32,000 nucleotides of DNA, taken from NCBI RefSeq assembly GCF_014396165.1, contig NZ_CP060715.1, positions 960,001 to 992,000 of the forward strand, given 5' to 3'. Source of the stretch: Erysipelothrix inopinata. Lineage in GTDB: Bacteria; Bacillota_I; Bacilli_A; Erysipelotrichales; Erysipelotrichaceae. This document shows positions 27,938 through 32,000 of this stretch, one piece after another. Under the pieces are notes generated by a model that saw only the letters and a program-made list of their open reading frames with translations, ran no database searches and was not told where the DNA came from. Numbering within the stretch: position 1 is the first letter of the stretch; each line of letters starts with the position of its first letter. Made by a program: the position numbers and the translations under genes.

Positions 27938-29251
27938 ATGAAAAAGTTATTCGTTGCAATGTTAGCGTTTCTGTTAGTACTAACAGGATGCGGTAAGAAA
28001 GAAGCACCTAAGACAGAAAACAAAGTCTTAAAAGTCGCAGGACTTAATGGTGGTTATGAAACAGACGGTTGGAATGCTGTCATCAAAGCGTTTGAGGAAA
28101 CAAAGGGTGACGGAACAAAGGTTGAAACTACATTCGAAAAAAATATTTCAGATGTACTAAGACCACAAATTCAAGCAGGTGACACACCTGATGTTATCTA
28201 TCTTGCAATCGGAGGTGCTGGTAAATTAACAGACACAATGATCGCAGAAAAGAAAATTGAAGAAATTTCAGATGTATTTAATATGAAAGTATTAGGCGAA
28301 GAAAAAACAGTTAATGAAAAATTAACTCCAGGGGTTGCGAACACATTAAGAACAGCACCTTACGGTGATGGTAAACAATACTTAGCACCTAATTTCTACG
28401 CTCCAACAGGACTCTTCTACAACAAAGGACTCTTTGAATCAAAAGGCTGGACAGTTCCAACAACTTGGGATGAAATGTTCGCACTTGGTGACAAAGCTAA
28501 AGCAGAAGGTATTGCATTATTCACATATCCTACAACAGGTTACTTCGATGCATTATTCTCAGCAATCTTAAATGAAGCAGTTGGACCAGAAAAATATGCA
28601 AAACTTATGGCTTATGACTTAGAAACATGGAAAGATCCAGAAACTAAGAAAGCATTTGAAATTGTTGGAAAACTTGCACAATACACACATCCAGATACTG
28701 TAGCTCAAGCTAATAAAGAAGGATTTACAAAGAACCAACAATTAGTACTTGATAACAAAGCATTATTCGTAACAAATGGTACATGGTTACCAGGCGAAAT
28801 GGAAAAAGCTCCACGTGCAGAAGGATTCGAATGGGGATTCACAGCAATTCCTAAATTAACTGCTGATGGCAAAACATACTCATCAACATTTACTGAAGAA
28901 GTATATATCCCATCCGATGCTAAGAATAAAGAATTAGCTAAAGAATTCATCACATTCTTATATTCAGACAAAGCAATCGAAATCTTTGCAGCAAATAAAA
29001 ATGCAATTCAACCAACAACAAATTCATCACAATTCATTAAAGATGAATCAATTAAAGATTTCTACAACGTTTACGACAAGGGTGCTGTTGCTACATCCGT
29101 AGGATTCAAATCAGTTGAAGCTGTCGAAGGTGTTGACCTAACTTCAGAAACAGGTATCTTATACGGAACTGTAAACGAAGTTGTATCAGGACAAAAAACA
29201 GTTGATCAATGGTATGACGCAGTAATCGAAGCTGTCGCAAAATTTAAATAA
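27938..29251 (+). CDS. ABC sugar transporter substrate-binding lipoprotein (candidate GNB/LNB-binding protein)
   Basis: Lipobox LVLTGC at residues 13-18, 437 aa, family-1 SBP size and composition, AGGAGG RBS. Confidence 0.8.
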   Translation: MKKLFVAMLAFLLVLTGCGKKEAPKTENKVLKVAGLNGGYETDGWNAVIKAFEETKGDGTKVETTFEKNISDVLRPQIQAGDTPDVIYLAIGGAGKLTDTMIAEKKIEEISDVFNMKVLGEEKTVNEKLTPGVANTLRTAPYGDGKQYLAPNFYAPTGLFYNKGLFESKGWTVPTTWDEMFALGDKAKAEGIALFTYPTTGYFDALFSAILNEAVGPEKYAKLMAYDLETWKDPETKKAFEIVGKLAQYTHPDTVAQANKEGFTKNQQLVLDNKALFVTNGTWLPGEMEKAPRAEGFEWGFTAIPKLTADGKTYSSTFTEEVYIPSDAKNKELAKEFITFLYSDKAIEIFAANKNAIQPTTNSSQFIKDESIKDFYNVYDKGAVATSVGFKSVEAVEGVDLTSETGILYGTVNEVVSGQKTVDQWYDAVIEAVAKFK

Positions 29252-29273
29252 TTATAGAGGTTATATTAAATAG

Positions 29274-29302
29274 AGCGATGAATGCCAAAACCATTCATCG
29301 CT
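29274..29302 (+). promoter_or_regulatory. Intra-operon stem-loop after the binding-protein gene (partial terminator or mRNA stabiliser)
   Basis: Perfect 11-bp stem AGCGATGAATG / CATTCATCGCT with a 7-nt loop and only a weak T-tract after it. Confidence 0.5.
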
Positions 29303-29324
29303 TCCTTATGATTGGAGTGGTATT

Positions 29325-30221
29325 ATGAACAAAAGTAAATCGCAACGACGTTTCGTTATTGCATGTCTCACACCTGCATTAATACTCGTAGCTATCTTTA
29401 TGGTATATCCAACCTTGAACATCTTCTTTATGTCTATGTTTAAATGGGGTGGCTTATCCGATTCAAAAACGTTTGTTGGTTTGAATAACTTTGTAATTTT
29501 ATTTAAAGATCAATATTTTATTCAGGCTTTCCAAAACTCAATAGTCTTAATTGTTGTTGTTACCTTATTTACATTCCTATTTGCAATTCTTTTTGCAAAT
29601 GTACTTGTAAGAGAAAATGTCAAAGGAAAGGGATTCTTCAGAGTTATTTTCTATATTCCTAACATTCTCTCCGTTGCCGTTATTGCAGCAATCTTTGCTC
29701 AAATCTATGCGGTTGACCAAGGGGGACTCCTCAATAATATTATTGCACTATTTAAACCTGATACTTGGAAGAACATTCAGTTCTTAGGGGATCCAAACGT
29801 TGTACTCTATGCAATTGCTGGAGCAATGATCTGGCAAGCTATTGGTTACTATATGGTTATGTATATGGCAAGTATCAGTAGCATTCCAGAACATCTTTAT
29901 GAAGCAGCTGAGATTGAAGGCGCATCACGAACACGTCAATTCTTCCAAATTACATTACCACTCATTTGGTCTAATATTCGTACAACGCTCACATTCTTTG
30001 TAATCAGTACGATTAACATGAGTTTCTTATTTGTTAAAGTACTGACGTCAGGCGGACCTGGTGGAGCCAGTGAAGTCTTCCTAAGTTATTTATACAAACA
30101 AGCATACGATAATGCATCCTACGGTTACGGGATGGCAATTGGTGTCATGATCTTCTTATTCTCATTTGCACTCTCTGCAATTATTAATAAGATTACTGAA
30201 CGCGATACCATTCAAATGTAG
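29325..30221 (+). CDS. Carbohydrate ABC transporter permease (MalF/UgpA-like)
   Basis: Six hydrophobic segments with the EAA-loop region EAAEIEGASRTRQFFQITLP. Confidence 0.88.
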   Translation: MNKSKSQRRFVIACLTPALILVAIFMVYPTLNIFFMSMFKWGGLSDSKTFVGLNNFVILFKDQYFIQAFQNSIVLIVVVTLFTFLFAILFANVLVRENVKGKGFFRVIFYIPNILSVAVIAAIFAQIYAVDQGGLLNNIIALFKPDTWKNIQFLGDPNVVLYAIAGAMIWQAIGYYMVMYMASISSIPEHLYEAAEIEGASRTRQFFQITLPLIWSNIRTTLTFFVISTINMSFLFVKVLTSGGPGGASEVFLSYLYKQAYDNASYGYGMAIGVMIFLFSFALSAIINKITERDTIQM

Positions 30222-30230
30222 GAGGCAAGA

Positions 30231-31112
30231 ATGAAAAAATTTAAAGAAATGTCAGCCGACAAAGTTTATAAAATATTCATTTATTTTGCACTTCTGATGT
30301 TGGCCGTGTCAATTATTATTCCGCTGGGTTGGGTATTCTTGGCATCACTCAAACAACCTCACGAATTCTTTATGAATCCGTGGAAATTACCCGATGCATT
30401 ATACTTTAATAACTTTGTAGAAGCATTCAAAACTGCAAAAATGGGAGATTACTTCTTAAACTCAGTAATTGTTACCGCATTAGGAATCATTATCCTACTT
30501 GTGACAGCACTTCCTGCATCCTATGTCCTTGCTCGTTTTGATTTCAAGATGAAAAAACCGATTAACTCCATTTTCATGGCAGGTCTTTTCATTAATGTTA
30601 ACTATATTGTTATTCCAATTTTCTTAATGTTACTCAAATTAAATAAAGGTGCCCAATCAATGTGGGGCATGGATATGTTCTTAAATAATCGTTTGGTATT
30701 AGCTATTGTTTATGCAGCAACTGCATTACCATTTACAATTTACCTCTTAACAGGTTATTTCAAGACATTACCAAAAGGATTTGAAGAAGCAGCATCAATT
30801 GATGGTGCATCACACTTCCAAACAATGATGAAAATTATGATACCAATGGCAAAACCAAGTATTGTTACCATTATTCTCTTTAACTTCTTATCATTTTGGA
30901 ATGAATATATTATCGCATTGACACTCATGCCAGGGGTCAATAAAACCTTACCTGTTGGATTGATTAACTTACAACAAGCTGCTCGTGGTGCTGCAAACCC
31001 AGGACCGCTCTATGCAGGACTTGTCATAGTTATGTTACCAACTTTAATTCTGTACATCTTTGTACAAAACAAACTTACTCAAGGAATGACCTTGGGTGGT
31101 ATTAAAGATTAG
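30231..31112 (+). CDS. Carbohydrate ABC transporter permease (MalG/UgpE-like)
   Basis: EAA loop EAASIDGASHFQTMMKIMIPMAKP, AGGAGG RBS. Confidence 0.88.
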   Translation: MKKFKEMSADKVYKIFIYFALLMLAVSIIIPLGWVFLASLKQPHEFFMNPWKLPDALYFNNFVEAFKTAKMGDYFLNSVIVTALGIIILLVTALPASYVLARFDFKMKKPINSIFMAGLFINVNYIVIPIFLMLLKLNKGAQSMWGMDMFLNNRLVLAIVYAATALPFTIYLLTGYFKTLPKGFEEAASIDGASHFQTMMKIMIPMAKPSIVTIILFNFLSFWNEYIIALTLMPGVNKTLPVGLINLQQAARGAANPGPLYAGLVIVMLPTLILYIFVQNKLTQGMTLGGIKD

Positions 31113-31124
31113 GAGACCGCAAAC

Positions 31125-32000
31125 ATGACGAAAATTAAAGGGCGGGTAACACTACCAAGCCAAAATAATTTCTATGAAGAAACAAAAGACTTAATGAACC
31201 GTTGGGGTGCTGATGCACTTCGAGATAGTGACGGTACAAAACTAGACGATCAAATTAAAGATCTTGATGCAAAAATATATACAACCTATTTTGTTGCACG
31301 AGGTCACAATGAATTTGCATACCAACATCTTGATGAAATGCAACAACTCTATCTCATGAGTGATTATACATTAGCTACTGAAACAGTATGTACAATTGAC
31401 TTTATGAATGGATTTCTAACAGAACAAATCAAACCGGATTATCATCATGACCCTAAAGTTTGGTGGGATGTTTACGATCGAACTACTGAAACACGTGTTG
31501 ATCCTGTTGACTGGAATGTTAATGAAGAAACACATCAAGTAGAGGTTCATAATGCAATTCCTTTCCATGAATATACGGTAAACTTCTTATCATACATGAT
31601 TTGGGATCCAACCCAAATGTATAATCATATTACGAATGATTGGGGAGATAAACCAAAAGAGATTCCTTTTGATGCTCGTCAACCTCACTCACATAAATAT
31701 ATGGTTGAGACACTCATTGATTTTATGGAAAACAACCCTAAAACAGATGTTGTTCGATTCACAACATTCTACTATCACTTTACATTATTCTTTAATGATA
31801 AGCGTAAAGAAAAATTCGTAGACTGGTTTGGATACGGATCATCAGTATCACCTGCTGCATTAGAAGCATTCGAAGCAGAAAAAGGTTATCGTCTAACATC
31901 TGAAGATTTCATTACGAACGGATACTACAACTCAACATTTAAGGAACCAACAGATGCTTATCGTGACTACATTGATTTCCAACAAAAATTCGTAGCAATG
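31125..32000 (+). CDS. lnpA: 1,3-beta-galactosyl-N-acetylhexosamine phosphorylase (GH112, lacto-N-biose/galacto-N-biose phosphorylase), N-terminal 292 codons; continues beyond the window
   Basis: Not in the ORF track because no stop occurs before the window end. ATG 31125 follows a TAGGAG RBS. MTKIKGRVTLPSQNNFYEETKDLMNRWGADALRDSDGTKL, YNHITNDWGDKPKEIPFD, DVVRFTTFYYHFTLFFNDKRKEKFVDWFGY parallel B. longum LnpA as I remember it. Confidence 0.88.
   Translation, partial: MTKIKGRVTLPSQNNFYEETKDLMNRWGADALRDSDGTKLDDQIKDLDAKIYTTYFVARGHNEFAYQHLDEMQQLYLMSDYTLATETVCTIDFMNGFLTEQIKPDYHHDPKVWWDVYDRTTETRVDPVDWNVNEETHQVEVHNAIPFHEYTVNFLSYMIWDPTQMYNHITNDWGDKPKEIPFDARQPHSHKYMVETLIDFMENNPKTDVVRFTTFYYHFTLFFNDKRKEKFVDWFGYGSSVSPAALEAFEAEKGYRLTSEDFITNGYYNSTFKEPTDAYRDYIDFQQKFVAM

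Overview
Low-GC Bacillota-type chromosomal segment (taxon inferred from gene content and promoter style, not verified). It holds mostly housekeeping and niche genes, interrupted by three intergenic IS insertions.
Left to right:
- 3' end of adhE.
- A 918-aa LPXTG-anchored internalin-like LRR plus 6x MucBP surface protein (-).
- A TetR regulator abutting a GNAT acetyltransferase, behind a perfect 26-bp palindromic operator.
- deoD.
- An ABC-2 exporter (ATPase + permease, -). Its near-consensus promoter is overlapped by a 16-bp palindrome with a TACAnnTGTA core.
- An NAD(P)-binding oxidoreductase and a second GNAT.
- copZ-copA behind a cop box, with no copY in the window.
- A cold-shock protein.
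- IS copy 1 (ISLre2/UPF0236-like, 1523 bp).
- Two tiny translationally coupled ORFs, one below the ORF-track cutoff.
- pgk-tpiA-eno.
- An ISL3-family IS sitting in the eno terminator T-tract.
- An orphan 657-aa polytopic membrane protein.
- IS copy 2 (same protein, inverted).
- A guanine-type purine riboswitch driving an NCS2/AzgA purine permease, split by a 1-nt deficit in a G5 run, followed by xpt.
- A cytoplasmic DsbA/FrnE-like protein.
- An AraC-associated galacto-N-biose/lacto-N-biose locus: nahK, an ABC importer and a GH112 phosphorylase that runs off the window and is absent from the ORF track.
No rRNA, tRNA or CRISPR array was seen.
I do not see a clear-cut novel multi-gene system such as a defence island. 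The best candidates for something undescribed are:
- the palindrome/cop-box-like operator on the ABC-2 exporter;
- the identical register of both IS copies relative to divergent promoters;
- the IS-flanked orphan membrane protein;
- the small-protein pair at 13.3-13.7 kb.
All family calls come from motif recognition by eye. No searches were run.
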